A stretch of DNA of 63,016 nt, filler included, from Choristocarpus tenellus KU-1152 (GCA_964200185.2; 9 parts of 9 records of this genome joined end to end with filler, not necessarily neighbours in it); one strand, 5' to 3'; counted from the whole stretch's first letter, positions 24,655 through 37,899 are shown. The notes: generated by a model from the sequence alone, not told the origin. A program made the numbers and translations.

Positions 24655-25702
24655 CCCCCCCCCCCCCCCAGCCACCGCCCCCCCCCCNNNNNNNNNNNNN
24701 NNNNNNNNNNNNNNNNNNNNNNNNNNNNNNNTTAATTAATTAANNNNNNNNNNNNNNNNNNNNNNNNNNNNNNNNNNNNNNNNNNNNAGGAGAAAAAAAA
24801 AAATCTCACATCAACAAACAAACAAAAAAGACCGAGAACGAACGCCGCCCCGCCCCCGCCCCCCCGCCCCCACTTTTTTTTTCAGGACAAAAAAAAATAT
24901 AGTTTTTAATGTACCTGTTTCTGTCCATCGCATCAAAAGATGCACATCTAGAGTCATTCTAACCATCACACAAACACTTGACACACCACCAGGCTATTGC
25001 CGTCGCCTAACCCTACCCCTAATCATTCTTAATTGAACAAACAAACAAAAAAAGGTGATGAGATTATTCAACTGTATGGAACGGCCGAGAAGAATCACCA
25101 CGTTGTCAAATAAATACACAAAATCGTACCCTTTTTCGTCAGGAACACAGGGGCACACTCCCTGCCACCTAAAATTTTGAAATCGTACCTCTTTTCACTC
25201 ATCGGTGACACACAATTGTACCTTCTTCTTGCCAGAGACCCACAAAGCGCACCCCTTCTAAAGACCTGCTCGGCGTGTGTCGACACCGTACCACAGAACC
25301 CCTTCCTCAACCTTCTAAAATCGCTTCGAAATCTACGGAATATCCTTTGTGGGCTTCATGATCATCTTTTCAGAATTGAATCTGAGAGAAAGCCACCGAG
25401 GATTAAGAATCAATCCATATCAGAGCCGAAAAAACGTCCTCATCCATCACATCCCAAATTGCTCTTGGCTACAACGAAGTGAACTCAGTCCATGTCACGT
25501 GGAAAAAATTCACCGGGGGCATGAGAACCCATCTGATAAAAATAACAAAAAACACACAACGAACCCTCTCTTCCAAATCTCAGAAATCCTTACCCGTGAT
25601 GCGCAACAACGTGTGGGCTCTACAGTTTCAACTTCAAGAACAAATAACGCATAACCAGGAGGGGGCAGCTCCACACACACACATTCACACACACATACAC
25701 TA

Positions 25703-25740
25703 AGGGTTAGGGTTAGGGTTAGGGTTAGGGTTAGGGTTAG
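25703..25740 (+). repeat. Interstitial telomere-like (TTAGGG)n
   Basis: About 6 units; shorter runs at ~22090 and ~22997. Confidence 0.9.
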
Positions 25741-28320
25741 TAGCGGCCTGGACAGCAACACAATCACCCTCACCGTCAACTCCAGAACCGCTGAAAAAAA
25801 GCATTACAAAAAATCACAGGTTGATCTCCCCTCGTTCATAAATAGGTTCGGCATCAAGGAACAAATCCTAGAGGCATAGATAAGGTTTCTGTTCAGTCAG
25901 CGGTATGGTACAGAATGGAGGAAATTGGCAATGGTACATGTGGTATGACCTATGCCGATCACGGTAAACATATACTGCGCAATAATGCTCCGCCAGCCAA
26001 GTACCAATTTCTCAAGTCAATGATAAACAGGAAATTTCCAGACTGATCAGTGACCCACCGGCCTACATGCTCCCACGAAAAACGCTGGCTCATGCATGTA
26101 TGCACTTGAACATTTCTTGCGCTGTACATCAAGAAGTGCGCGATTATGACATCATCTTAAAATTAATCCGCTCAAAACAATTTTAACCCACTCAACCGAA
26201 TCCAAGCGGGGGGGGGGAGGGGGGCAGTAGGGCAAGGCAAGTCACAAAACGCACAGAACGTTGCGAGCGTGGTCGCGACAAAAGGCAGAAAGCCACAAGG
26301 AAATTTATTTAAGGCGAATCCCGCGGCAGTAGTGCGCATACTACCAGGGGGAAAAATAAACCAACACGAAAAGAGGACTTGATTACGATTTTCAATCATC
26401 AATAATCTTTTGTCGAAGTATCAACTCGATTGGACTCAACACTCGTATTTGAGAACAATATGCGCTTTCAAATCTTGTTGCATAACGGTCCCGTATTTTC
26501 AGACGGTTCGCTCAAATCGTTTCCTTGCTGGGAGGCACCTCATCTAAACGCGGAACACACGCTTGACAGCTTGGGACACTTGGCCATGCCTCTCTCTCAC
26601 AGAACCAAAAGCAAAGAACTGGTGTGAGCATCATAATTAACCACAGAGTCCAAGCACATCTCTTTCATCCATATTGCTCAGAAAACTAAACGACAGGTCG
26701 TCTCGAGTTTGAGATTTCGACTCCGTGCTGTTCATATGAATTCTGTGGTGCCACAGAGCATTCAATAGCGCTACGGAAACTCCACTACGCTACAACGTGT
26801 CTCCACAGAGCTGCAAAGCCAATGGAGTATCTGCAAAAAATGCCCAGCATACACCACAGAATACGAAATTCAAAAATTATATACCCTTCGATTTCTCGGA
26901 TAAGTCAGTGATGTACTCAAGCCAATAAGTCAGTGAAACTATCTGACAGCACACATACAGGCAAAGATGTCAGGTGAAGGCTACATTGACCCTTAGACTG
27001 CCTGCTAGTCTCAAGCCTTTGTCTTGTCCGTCGTGTCTGCCATCCTTGATCACCATTTCGATATATCGGAGCTTTGGGCATAGGAAAATTTTCAAAACCG
27101 ACAGTTTCAATCACCGATACGTACACCCAATACAACAGGAAACCACTGACACCCCATGACTCCAAAACTTGCAGGCTCACAGCTAGCAGGTTCGTGGTGC
27201 TGTTGTGGACATTTGGCTTGGTGGAGTGGATCACATCACACAATCAATATAGAGCATAAAATACGAAATATGTAAAAGGGTTTCTACAATGATCAGAAGG
27301 CATTCCCAGCAGTGGACGCCCTGCAAAACGCCCTTGTCTGCCCACCGAGCAGTCAACTGTGACCTGTCACCTAACATCTTCACATACCAGGATACCTCTC
27401 AAGAAACACCCAGCGCAGGCAAGAGACGCCAATACCTCGCAAGCAAGAGTGAGAGTCACTGTCCCGGGTACAAGTTTTTAAGTACAGCTGAGTCAGAATC
27501 ACAGACCAAATTCTGTCATTCTTACAAACCCCACGAAAGATCAACCACCTAGACCTCGGTGTCACACAGATTGTTCACTCATTTCCTATCCTACCCAGAG
27601 AAATTGATCTCCTCGCTAGAGAGTCGAATCCCCCCACTATCTCACGAAGAGGGGAGACCTCAAATGAGAACAAGAGGGGAAAGTTAATGTAGACACAAAG
27701 ACAGGGTCAGGATATTCCAACCTTCGTCCTAAATAATACGATCCATCAACAAGGGAACGTGAACAACTCGCCAGCACAAGAAAAAAAATATGGTGCAAAC
27801 ATGTTTTCTCACTTCACACGTAGAACCATATAGCCACACACACACCCACACACCTCCAAACTGTGAATCAGCACCAAGCCAATGAATCACAGTTTATTAC
27901 TGATAAAAAATTAGTGAGCTGATGATCATCCAATTGATATTTCAGGTGAAGAATAAAACAGCACACAAGAAAACCTCTCTGGCAACCTACATTCGCTGTA
28001 TGGTAGTATTACAATGAGGTCGACAAAAACGTTTGACCTATTTGACCATCAGAGTGGGCTATTTGTCCACCAAAACCGAATGCTCTTTGCCTCCAATAGA
28101 ACACCTGCATTTCCCTCACAGCACTGCACATCACTCAGTTCACTGCAGGGCAAAGTATGCAGTCACACACAAGGGCCCGCATGATTCTTGACAAGAAATC
28201 AGACAATCACCTACCAATTACAATCAGCTCGTAAGCACACAATTCACCACAGTACACAATACCACAAACACACACATCAACCGACCACCTGCCAACAGCC
28301 ACTACAATACCCATCAGCTA

Positions 28321-28795
28321 TCACATTACCATCCCTTCCCCTTCTCCCCCATACTTTTCATGTTCCTCTTGGTTCACCTGATGTGCCTGCATCCACTCCT
28401 CCACTTCCTGCTCCGTCAATCGTGTCTTCACCTCTGCATTCACCAATGCTTCAAACGCCGGCCCAAAAAACATCTGCATACCATCAGGAATCCCAGCTGC
28501 AGCTTTCCCTGCTAGGTCCTCCTCCCTTCCCCCTATCCCTGCTTCTACCTCTGCATCTGTCCCATTGCCTGCGCCATCTTTCCCCAAGTCCTGTAATTCC
28601 TTACTTCGCTCCAAGAGATCTCGTAGCGCCAAATAGCGGTCCTCTACCCCAGCTACCTTCTCAAACCCCTCGGATTTTTTACTCCCCACTCCAGAGCGGG
28701 TTCCAGAGTCTCTGGGGCGACCAGAACCACCTCCAACAAGCGCGTTGGTCTCTGCCACCCATGCCTGAACCAGTATTACCTTATTGGCGAGCTGC
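28321..28795 (-). CDS. Probable exon of an unknown G/E-rich protein
   Basis: Open frame LANKVILVQAWVAETNALV...EAKTRLTEQEVEEWMQAHQ-like segment preceded by a pyrimidine-rich CAG; no domain recognised. Confidence 0.45.
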
Positions 28796-29292
28796 ATAAC
28801 AGCAAAATATAAACACAAATTTGGGATTTGGAGAACAGAAGGTTCAGGAAAAGTTGGAATTTTCATGGAAAGAGAAGCAAAGGAGAGAGCCAGAAACATG
28901 TGGGGGGGTGGGGGAGACAGCAGGATTTAGNNNNNNNNNNNNNNNNNNNNNNNNNNNNNNNNNNNNNNNNNNNNTTAATTAATTAANNNNNNNNNNNNNN
29001 NNNNNNNNNNNNNNNNNNNNNNNNNNNNNNCCCCAGATACTTTGACCCAGGAGACACAACATCCACACTACATATGAACATTGAGTGGGGTGTAACTCAT
29101 GTGTGTTATGGTCTCCACTATTATGGGAATACATATTGTTGAAGTGTTGCATTGCTCGAAGATCGGAACATTGTATTCTACTACATAGTGTAAGATATAA
29201 TCAAGCAAGAGGCATCCAAGATAGATGAGGGTAATGAGTAGGGTAACTTGTAGGGATTGGTGGTAGAGATATACACTGCAATCTGCAAGCAC

Positions 29293-30501
29293 CTTTCCTT
29301 GCGGTCCTTCGGCCTCATCGTACTGCCCTTCCAAGTACAACAGGTCTGGCAATACGAAGCTCAGCCCACTCCAATTTTCTTTGGCTAATTTGATCATCTC
29401 TTTCAGCAGTTCGCCAGATGCATTCATGAATACTTCACTGGGGTCGGTTGCTTCCGTGACGCCGAAATCTCGGCCCCACTCGTACACACTATGTTGACCG
29501 ACTTTCAAGTTGAAACATTCGGCGAGGTGGAACTGGATCTCACACAGATGTGAACGTTTCCGTTTGCCTCTCAGATTTATCATGATGACGGCTTCGATAT
29601 CTCTGTAGCCATTGGGCTTACAGTTTCCCGTGAAGCCATTACGCACCTGGAAGATATCATGCACCTGGAAGAAATGGTTTCCATCACACAAAGGACAGAA
29701 AGTTCAGTTGAATATCGGATAGTGCATTCATACGGTGTTGCACTAGATAGTCATGCTGGTGTTCTCGGTACAGCACATCTCTGACATAGTCTACAAATCA
29801 AGAACAAAGCCACTACTTCCTCGAGGTGAGGAGAGACGCAAACATTAGGGCTCTTGCTTGAAACCATCATTCAACCTCCTCAGTGATGTCACACCACTAC
29901 GTTTCGTGAAATACCCATCGTGACCAACAATGCAAGAGAATGTTGATCTACTGCGTTCCCCCACCTTTCGGTGCTGTTTGAGCCGATGAAATACATTGAT
30001 GAGTTCTCTTGTAGTATCACAAACGATGGATATCCGTGCTAGGTCCGTCAGAGAACGAGGACTTCTATTCTTAGCCTTTCGCAGAGCGCTCTCTTTTGAT
30101 TTTACCGGAGCATGAATGATGGATAGCCCCATCTGCGATCTACACACATCAGCGACGAGGTCGTCGAGTATAGCTTTGGCCTCGCCCGCCTCTTGAATGT
30201 AGGCATCTGCAGATGCCAATAAGCGTGGTTGCAGAAGCCGTTCAGAATGCTGGTCAATGTTGATGTTCGCCAGTTCATCAACCCAGCCCCCTTTCCACGC
30301 CAGTTCATCATAATCTCGGTGATACTGCATAACCCAGAGAACCTTGATGTAGGACAACATTCTGAACTTCGCTTCCAACTCCAGTGAGCTTGAAGCGTTC
30401 ATCAGTTTCTTCTCTAGCTCAAGTACAGATGAGATATCGGCCTGTGTGCTCTCTACTTTTTCTGTTGAAGTCAAAGGGATCTCCATGAGTGTAGATGTCA
30501 T
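29293..30501 (-). CDS. RelA/SpoT-like (alarmone-synthetase-fold) nucleotidyltransferase domain protein, exons ~30501-29965 and 29664-29293, TPR-like segment at the end; 3'-partial
   Basis: Phase-0 GT-AG intron joins PVKSKESALRK...LTDLARISIV...KQHRK to VHDIFQVRNGF...NGYRDI...HLCEIQFH, the motif order of the RSH synthetase domain; ends LPDLLYLEGQYDEAE at another GT donor. Confidence 0.72.
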
Positions 30502-31379
30502 CTCCTTCCCCTTCCGCCTTGGGGAATTGCAGGCCTACGATCCGACCTGGCACCACCAACGTCAGCGGTCGACCTCGAACCTGAATCAGTAAGTGTTACT
30601 CGTTAGGACTCTCCAGTAATAGTTCTATGTTGTCCTTCCACACATTGACATTTGGGTAGGTGAAGGGAAAGATGAGATCAACGGTGGAACCCAAATATTT
30701 CTTTTCAATGCGGATGAAAATCAACAATTTTTGCTCGGAGGTAGAGAACATACAAATCGAAATATATTGAAAAAAATAATATCAAGTATTTAGAGGTACA
30801 ATATAGATATACAACAAAACGACATGATATGATCGACCATTGAATAGACTATACTTTGACTTTAAACTATTCATTTTCTGGAGGAAGTTTCGTTGTAGAA
30901 AATGTTTTTCCGTTTTGATGTAGGTTATTTCTTCCTTCCATCTTTCTTGTCCATAAAGATCATTCTAAAATCGTGGAAAATGCGACTAAGTAAAGAAAAT
31001 AATTCTGACGATCTCGTTGAGGAACAGTATTACATACAAGTTGACCAATAATATAATAGGGTGATGGAAGTAGTAAAGTAGTGGAGGAAGTTCGGAAGAG
31101 TTGGGTAAAGCGTAGATAGACTGGGCACAAACAACTCTCGATCTTGTCCTAAACGTTACATGTTGGCAGCCCATGATGCCAGGATGACGAGGAGGTCACA
31201 ACACGAAATCACCCGCTTCTGAGCTGGATCGGATCCGAATCTTATCAGAAGAACCCTCCGACTAATGGAGAGGAACAAGGGAGAGAAAGTTATTTACTAC
31301 CCTAAACCTCCACTAGAGCCAGTATGGGCGTCCACATATCCCTTGGAACCAACACTCTAGAGTTTAGAGTCGCCACCAA

Positions 31380-32255
31380 GGAAGAGAGGGCGATGTATCC
31401 AATAGGTGCAAGGTGGCCAGGTGCAGGAGTCACAATACTGACACCCCACATACTGACACTTGCCCTAGGGTGGGAGGATAGGTTTGCGAGCACATGCCAA
31501 TAGAGAAACGCGTAGGCCAACTCTGCAGGGGAAGGGGCACCTGTTCCACTATGGAAGTTGGCAGCCCGTTTATATTGGACTGGAACTTCTGTACGATGTG
31601 GTGTTCCATGCTGGGACACCATACAGGGACAAAGATCTACTTCTGGACATTATTTTGGTGGAGGCCCAATCTGGCTTTCATTTGTCCCACTCAACCACTA
31701 CCGATGGTGTAAATAGTCGCTGCAGCCGAGGTGCGAGCGTGCACCCATTACGAGGGATGCTTTCGCCCAAGTATATTTAATCTCAACACCCTCGTGGAGG
31801 AAAGTTTTATTCTAACCCTAACCCTTGATAAGCAAGGAGAGAGCTTCCTGGATGGATTAGTCACCCATGCACCAGGGGGTATTACCTCAAAGGGGCAGTC
31901 AGTACAGAAGTGGATCTTTCGGGATGTGCCATGTATTTCAAGGTAGAGACACCAGGCAGGTGGGCAAGAAGGGGCCTAAAAGGTTCTTAGGATACTTCCC
32001 TAGCTCCTCACACACCTTCATAGGGCTAAGTTAGGTTTGAAGGACAGTAATGTGCATATTAATTTGTAGCGAACAATCTTCAAGGGGATATTGTTGTGTT
32101 GTGTTGTTTGTAAACAGTATCTATTTTTGGGAGAGGTGCCTTAGCTTTGACGACAACTGTTGTAACTACAAAAGTAGTCCTTGTCATATTGTTTCGGTCT
32201 TGTTCCCCAACCTCTCCCCCTAAACATCTCACAAATGTCAGAAGGCTGTATAATG
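31380..32255 (+). mobile_element. Degenerate CRE-like non-LTR retrotransposon 3' part (restriction-like endonuclease region, 3' UTR, terminal hairpin)
   Basis: DKDLLLDII...EESF...LDKQGESFLDGLVTHAPGG is homologous to 34921-34658; 3' segment 31945-32056 recurs at 34216-34315 and (minus) ~34620-34735. Confidence 0.6.
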
Positions 32256-32384
32256 TATGTTTTCCTAGGTCCTCGTCCATCTTCATAGCACTAAGGTAGG
32301 TTAGAAACATAGGATGGTACACACTACTTTAGTAGTGAACAAACTTAAACTGTGTATTGTTGTATTGTTTGTTTTCGAATATTA

Positions 32385-34079
32385 CTACCTCTATGCCATA
32401 AGTTTGTGCCGCGAAACATCTGGGTTCGCCGAGCGAGAACGGCGCCGAATTGAACGATAACCCTGCACAATGAAATCAGGTTGACAATATCAGCTTTCAG
32501 AAAAGGTGTGGATCGAGGATCATAAGGTAGAAACTCGAGGTACTTTAAACCATCAAACTAGGGATCTTTTTGGGGGTGATTTTGAGGCCAGAACTGGGCA
32601 CGTCAAGGGTCAGAACGTCCGCATGGCAACCCCCCCGTCGATCCCCCTGCGTAGGAAGGATGCCCAAGTGTTCCTGAATACCAGGGTTGCGCTTGTAGTG
32701 CGGCACGCCCTTGCGATGGTCCCTGGCGAGCTTAAACTGCAGCCTCAAGTTGGGCCAGCCCTCGCAGCGGAGTTTGGAGTGTCCGAGAGTTACATATGAG
32801 GGCTCTGGGAGGACGTCGCCAATCAGCTTGCCCGTCGCTACAGGCTTGACCTAGGGATGGCGGCACATAGTGGGCGGCCTTCGGAACTCACACCGACCAA
32901 GATGGCCGCAATACATAGTATCAACTCCGATAATCGGTTATCCACAGTGCGTCATCAGGAGACAATGAAGATGGTCACCAAGGGGCTGAATTATAGCACG
33001 AGCACCTTAAACAGGTGGTTGGACCATGCCGAATCGCCGCTGGATCAAACCCAAGCTTAAATCGTGGCAAAGGGTATGAAGAATGGACTTTGTTTGCCAT
33101 CAAGTGGACCGGGAGCGTGGTGTGTATGCCTCCATGGCAAACACAATCCACGTGGATGAAACCTGGTTTTACCTGATGGCTGAAGGGGAAAGGGTTAGGG
33201 TATTTCTGCATGAGGATGATAGCGACCTTCCAGGGTCCCCTACTGTGCAGCACAAGAGTCATACTCCCAAAACCATGATCATTGCAGTCAACGCCCACCC
33301 AGATTCGGCTCACAGCTGTGATGGAAGGCTTGGTGTTTGATGTTTTTGTGTGCACCAAAAACGGCAGACAGGACAAGCAACAACCATAAAAAGGGGATGT
33401 GTATGAACAGGACTGTACTTTAGACCATTTGTGGTACAGGAAGTGGTACACGGAGAAGTTACCGCCTGCAATCGAGACTATGATGCCTTGGTAGCAGGGG
33501 GAGCATGTTGTCGTTCAGCAAGATGGTGCCACCCCCCCCCATGGGCAAGGGCAACTCAGAAATCTTGTAAGGAGCAGGGAAGACTGAGGGTTGGTCGATT
33601 AGGCTTGTGATGCAGCCATCTAACTCCCCCGACCTCAATATCATGGACATGTGCTTCTTCAGGTCTTTGAAATGCCGGGTGATGGGAGAGTGGTTTTGGG
33701 TCCGTCGAAGATATGGTGAAGGTCATTAAGAAAACAGTATGAGGGGTATGATGAAACCACACTTGAGAGGGCTTGGTAGCTCATTTTTGTGGTGTACAAT
33801 CAAGTACTTTGATATAAAGGGGGGAATAACTTTGGTGTGGAGCACACAGGGGTAAGGAAGAGGCAGTTGTCTGGTGAGCTTGAAAACATGCCGAAGGTAG
33901 AAATGGAGGCTTTTACTGTGGCTGATAAAATTGTGATGGATGGGGAGTAGTAATAATAAGAAAACTGATCCTAACCAGAAATTCGTCAGGGATTCCAAAT
34001 CTTCTTTCAGAAATGAATTTCATCAACATCTTCACAAATTTTATGGACAACACAGCACAGACTTATGACACGGAGGTAG
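32385..34079 (+). mobile_element. Complete but degenerate Tc1/mariner element of plant-mariner (DD39D/Stowaway-related) type
   Basis: TIRs CTACCTCTATGCCATAAGTTTGTGC / GCACAGACTTATGACACGGAGGTAG with TA on both sides; motifs IHVDETWFY, VVQQDGA, QPSNSPDLNIMD(MCFF); stops and frameshifts. Confidence 0.93.
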
Positions 34080-34429
34080 TACATATTTTTGGGAGGTATG
34101 TTTGAGCTGACAACAATTGCTGTATTTAGAGCAGTCCTTCAAAATTTGTTTGGTTTTGGTTTTTCTCCCTCTGACACATCTATTTCTAAAATGTGAGAGG
34201 ATGTAAGATTATTACAGAGACACCAGGCAGGTGGGCAAGAAGGGGTCTGTCAGATTCCCGAGCTCCTCGCCCACCTTCGTAGGTTAAGGTAGGTTCAAAT
34301 CATAGCAATGTAGTACACCATTGCATTAGTGACAACTGTTATTTTTTATGCAGTCCTGCGCGATATGCATTTGATATTTTCCCTTACATATTTGCAAAAT
34401 GTGAGAGGGTATAACCTTTGTAAACATGT

Positions 34430-34925
34430 ATTTTTTGTTGTTACGTCTTTGACATTTGGAGATGTATCTGGGAAAAAGCCAAATCAGTATCACAAGGACC
34501 TCTGAAAGAAAAACAGTTCTCGTAAATTTGCAAGATATCTCTGAAAACTCTACTTATTATTTGAATGCGCTGAGCTATGGTACTAACACCACCTTAAAGC
34601 TTTGAAATTCCGATGTTATGTGTAGATTACTTCTATGCCTCCAACCTATTTTAGCCCCTACACAGGTGGGCGAGGATCTAGGTAAGCATTCCAATGATCT
34701 GACAGGCCCCTCCTTGACCATTTGCCTGGTGCCCCCAGCTTGAAAAGCATGACATGTCTCGAGAGAGTCACTTGTGTAATGATAGACACTATCTGTCCTA
34801 AGCGGGATTTGACAGCTCCTTTCCTGATGTAACCTCCCGTCCCTCTCCCCCCTATGGCGTGCGTAGCCAAGTTATCCAGAAAACTTTCTGCTTGCTTACA
34901 GAGGTGCCTAAAACTTTCCACGACG
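34430..34925 (-). mobile_element. CRE-like non-LTR retrotransposon 3' fragment with terminal hairpin
   Basis: ESFRHLCKQAESFLDNLATHAIGG...RKGAVKSRLGQIVSIITQVTLSRHV, then the shared 3' UTR and a hairpin copy at ~34447-34472. Confidence 0.65.
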
Positions 34926-34959
34926 GTGTTGAGTTTAAAGGTACAAGTTTATTTTATTG

Positions 34960-35147
34960 TTATTATTATTCCCTCTGACATTTTGGAGATATATACTGAC
35001 ATATGAATAGTTCTCATTGATTTCCCCTAACACATCTCCAAAATGTCAGAGGGAATAATAATAAATATATATATATATTATTACATATATGCCCTATATA
35101 TTATTTATTATTATTCCCTCTGACATTTTGGAGATGTGTCAGGGGGG
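34960..35147. repeat. Three alternating copies of a hairpin+(AAT)n motif, including a 43-bp inverted repeat (35024-35066 / 35103-35145)
   Basis: CCCCT(A/G)ACACATCTCCAAAATGTCAGAGGGAATAATAATAAAT and its reverse complement, one mismatch. Confidence 0.9.
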
Positions 35148-35233
35148 AAACAAATGAAAGCTTTGTTTTGCTCACGAATTCTGGATAATTATTATTTGCT
35201 TATTCCTTGTTTGCCATTCCTCTATTCTCTATT

Positions 35234-35352
35234 CCCCATTTGATGACCAACCAGTGCGAATGCCCTTCATCACTGATTGCCAGCCATCCCCCACATTTGA
35301 TGACCAACCAGTGCGAATGCCCTTCGCCCCTGATTGCCAGCCATCCCCCACC
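35234..35352 (+). repeat. 57-bp tandem duplication
   Basis: CATTTGATGACCAACCAGTGCGAATGCCCTTC...TGATTGCCAGCCATCCCCCA occurs twice. Confidence 0.9.
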
Positions 35353-37144
35353 TTTCAACCCCACATAAGTTACCGCTCCCCTCAACCCCACAGCAGTTCT
35401 CACACCACTCAACACCACTCCACAATCATCCAAGAACACCCCTTCAAGATCCACTTCCACCCGTGCCTTTGAGCTAGAAGACATCTACCCCGCCGTAACT
35501 TGACCCCCCCCTCTCAGTATTCCCGTCATTCGTGAGCAAGCGACAGGGTGGGTGGGCGGGAGAGCTTGCTCGGAGGTTGCCTCAATCTCCCCTCCTTGTC
35601 CTGTACCCCTGGTTCTCTTCCCTTTTTTCAATCACTGAATGCTGTTTCCCCCCTTCTTTTACCACTCATTTCCGTTAACCTTGTCTTCCCTTCCTTAACT
35701 GTTCGTTCTTTTCTTGCTTCCTTCTTTTTCTTTCCCCTGCGCCCATTTGTCCTGTAACAGCCGATTCCAAAAATTGAGGATGGAGCTTTTCATTGAGGAT
35801 GGGCTTGACCCAAAATTGACTGGGANNNNNNNNNNNNNNNNNNNNNNNNNNNNNNNNNNNNNNNNNNNNTTAATTAATTAANNNNNNNNNNNNNNNNNNN
35901 NNNNNNNNNNNNNNNNNNNNNNNNNCCCCCCCCCCAGATACTTTGAGCCTCATAGAAGTCTAACAAATCCCAGACCCATGGTTGAGATGTAGTCAGAAGA
36001 ACGTGATATACACATCTTGAGGAAATTCAACATACAGCAGAAAAAGCATGAAAAAAACAGCAAAAGCAACAAAATAACATAGCCCAGTTTAGATAAGAAG
36101 GGCAGTGAAGAAAAACCCAGGTGTAATTATAATACACTAGTAATCAATACGTGGGATAGGGCGCCATAAACATTATCAGATATAACCAGGTCCTACAGGG
36201 AAAAGAAGAAAAACAAAAGGAAATTCAGGATCATACCAGGTCGATCCAATACAAAAATACCACTCATAACATGTACTCCAGAATAAAAAGGAAAGAGGAA
36301 CGTTAGAAGAGTTAACCCCCCAAAAGAGAAGTCAATGAGATGAGAGTCAAACCAGCTGAGAGTTAGGCAGAGTTGTGTTTTAAGGATCCCCGGAAAGGTA
36401 AAGAAGTTGTCTTTTTGTACCATAGCAGAAAGAGCGTTAGCTGAATTGTGGTGTCGCTTTGTGCGTGGAAAGAAGGAATATCAACTTTGCGTGCACTATT
36501 GTGCACATAAAGCAATGAAATAGAGTGTATTGCATAGGGCAAGAAAAATGGACTAGAATGCCAAAGAGTCCAACCCTGCCTACCTCTCAATTGTTTTGGC
36601 TCCAAGCAACATTCAGCAGATAGATGAGTGTTCATGTGCCCTATCTACTTGGGCTGCCTTACCTGCTGCTTCAGCATGATGACATCAACAATTACAACTT
36701 CCTTCGAAAGCCACTTTAGAATGAAGTCCTTTATCCTGTCAACTACTCCCTCGTACCACTCCTTTTAGTTTATTGGCCTTGCACTCCACCCCTCAACCGT
36801 AATCCCTAACTTCCCCCAGGTTTTCTTCCAAGGCATATCCACCAGTTCTATTCCTGTCCACCTTTCTTCCGTTTTTCATCTGTAAGTTCACTAAACATCA
36901 ACAGCTTAGAGGGTCCCTATCCCTCATGAAGTTGACCCTGCAAAGAGGAGTCTCCAATTTTGCAAAGTTGCCTCGATACAGTCACACCAAGTCCTTACAA
37001 GGGGATGTTTATTAGGTCAATGTGTCATCGGTGAGTTCCGTTTGTGAAATCTGATGTGATGTAGAAGAAAATTTATGATTGTGAGATTTAGGCTTCATTT
37101 AGTGGACCTTACGAAAATCCTATGTCACACAAGCGTATGACAGG

Positions 37145-37401
37145 GAACCAAAGTATCTTAGAGGGTAGAGTCACATCCGTTTGGGGGTCAAACTCCAATG
37201 TTGCGATTTGATGTAATCTTGGCTATCGTTTTTATTGGGAAGTTCCAATATCCTTGTGCCGAACACACCTTTTCATAAAGGATACATTTTACCTACTCCG
37301 AAACTTTTTGGAGTAGATAAAATGTCATAAAACCCCCGAGGGAAGCCAAGCCCCAAATGGACAAACAGGGCAAAACTCTTACCCTCTAAGACACTTCACT
37401 C
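37145..37401 (+). mobile_element. MITE family A copy
   Basis: GAACCAAAGTATCTTAGAGGGTA...TACCCTCTAAGACACTTCACTC. Confidence 0.9.
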
Positions 37402-37625
37402 TAGGACTTAAAGAACTTTAGCCTTCGGCATCCGAATTATAAGCTCAAGTGATGTGCTTTTGTTCTGTCACATAACACTTGACTGTGCTTGTGGAAACAG
37501 TTCGCATGCCTGCATTCCATCACGAAATTGGCGGATGACTGAGACAATCTTCTATGACCCTCCAAAATTGGCAAGCATGTCCCATTGGAGATCGCGGTAA
37601 GCAGAGTAATTTCTTTTTGTAGGCT

Positions 37626-37894
37626 GAGTGAAAGAATCTTAGGGTGTACAAGTTTTTCCCTGTTTGTCTGTTTGGAGCTTGACTTCCCACGAGTTTTTTT
37701 TTATGACATTTTACCTACTCCGACATACTCCGAAATACTTCGGAGTAGGTAAACCTATACGTTATGAAAAGGTGTGTCCGAACAAGGATATTGACACTTT
37801 CTAACAAATATGATAACCAAAATTACATCAAAATCGCAACATTGGATTTTGACCCCAAACAGACATGGCTCTACCATCTAAGATACTTTGACTC
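37626..37894 (-). mobile_element. MITE family A copy
   Basis: GAGTGAAAGAATCTTAGGGTGTA...TACCATCTAAGATACTTTGACTC. Confidence 0.9.
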
Positions 37895-37899
37895 GGCCA

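Noticed and set aside
25703-25740. True telomere
   Set aside because: Short and internal to a contig; interstitial microsatellite.
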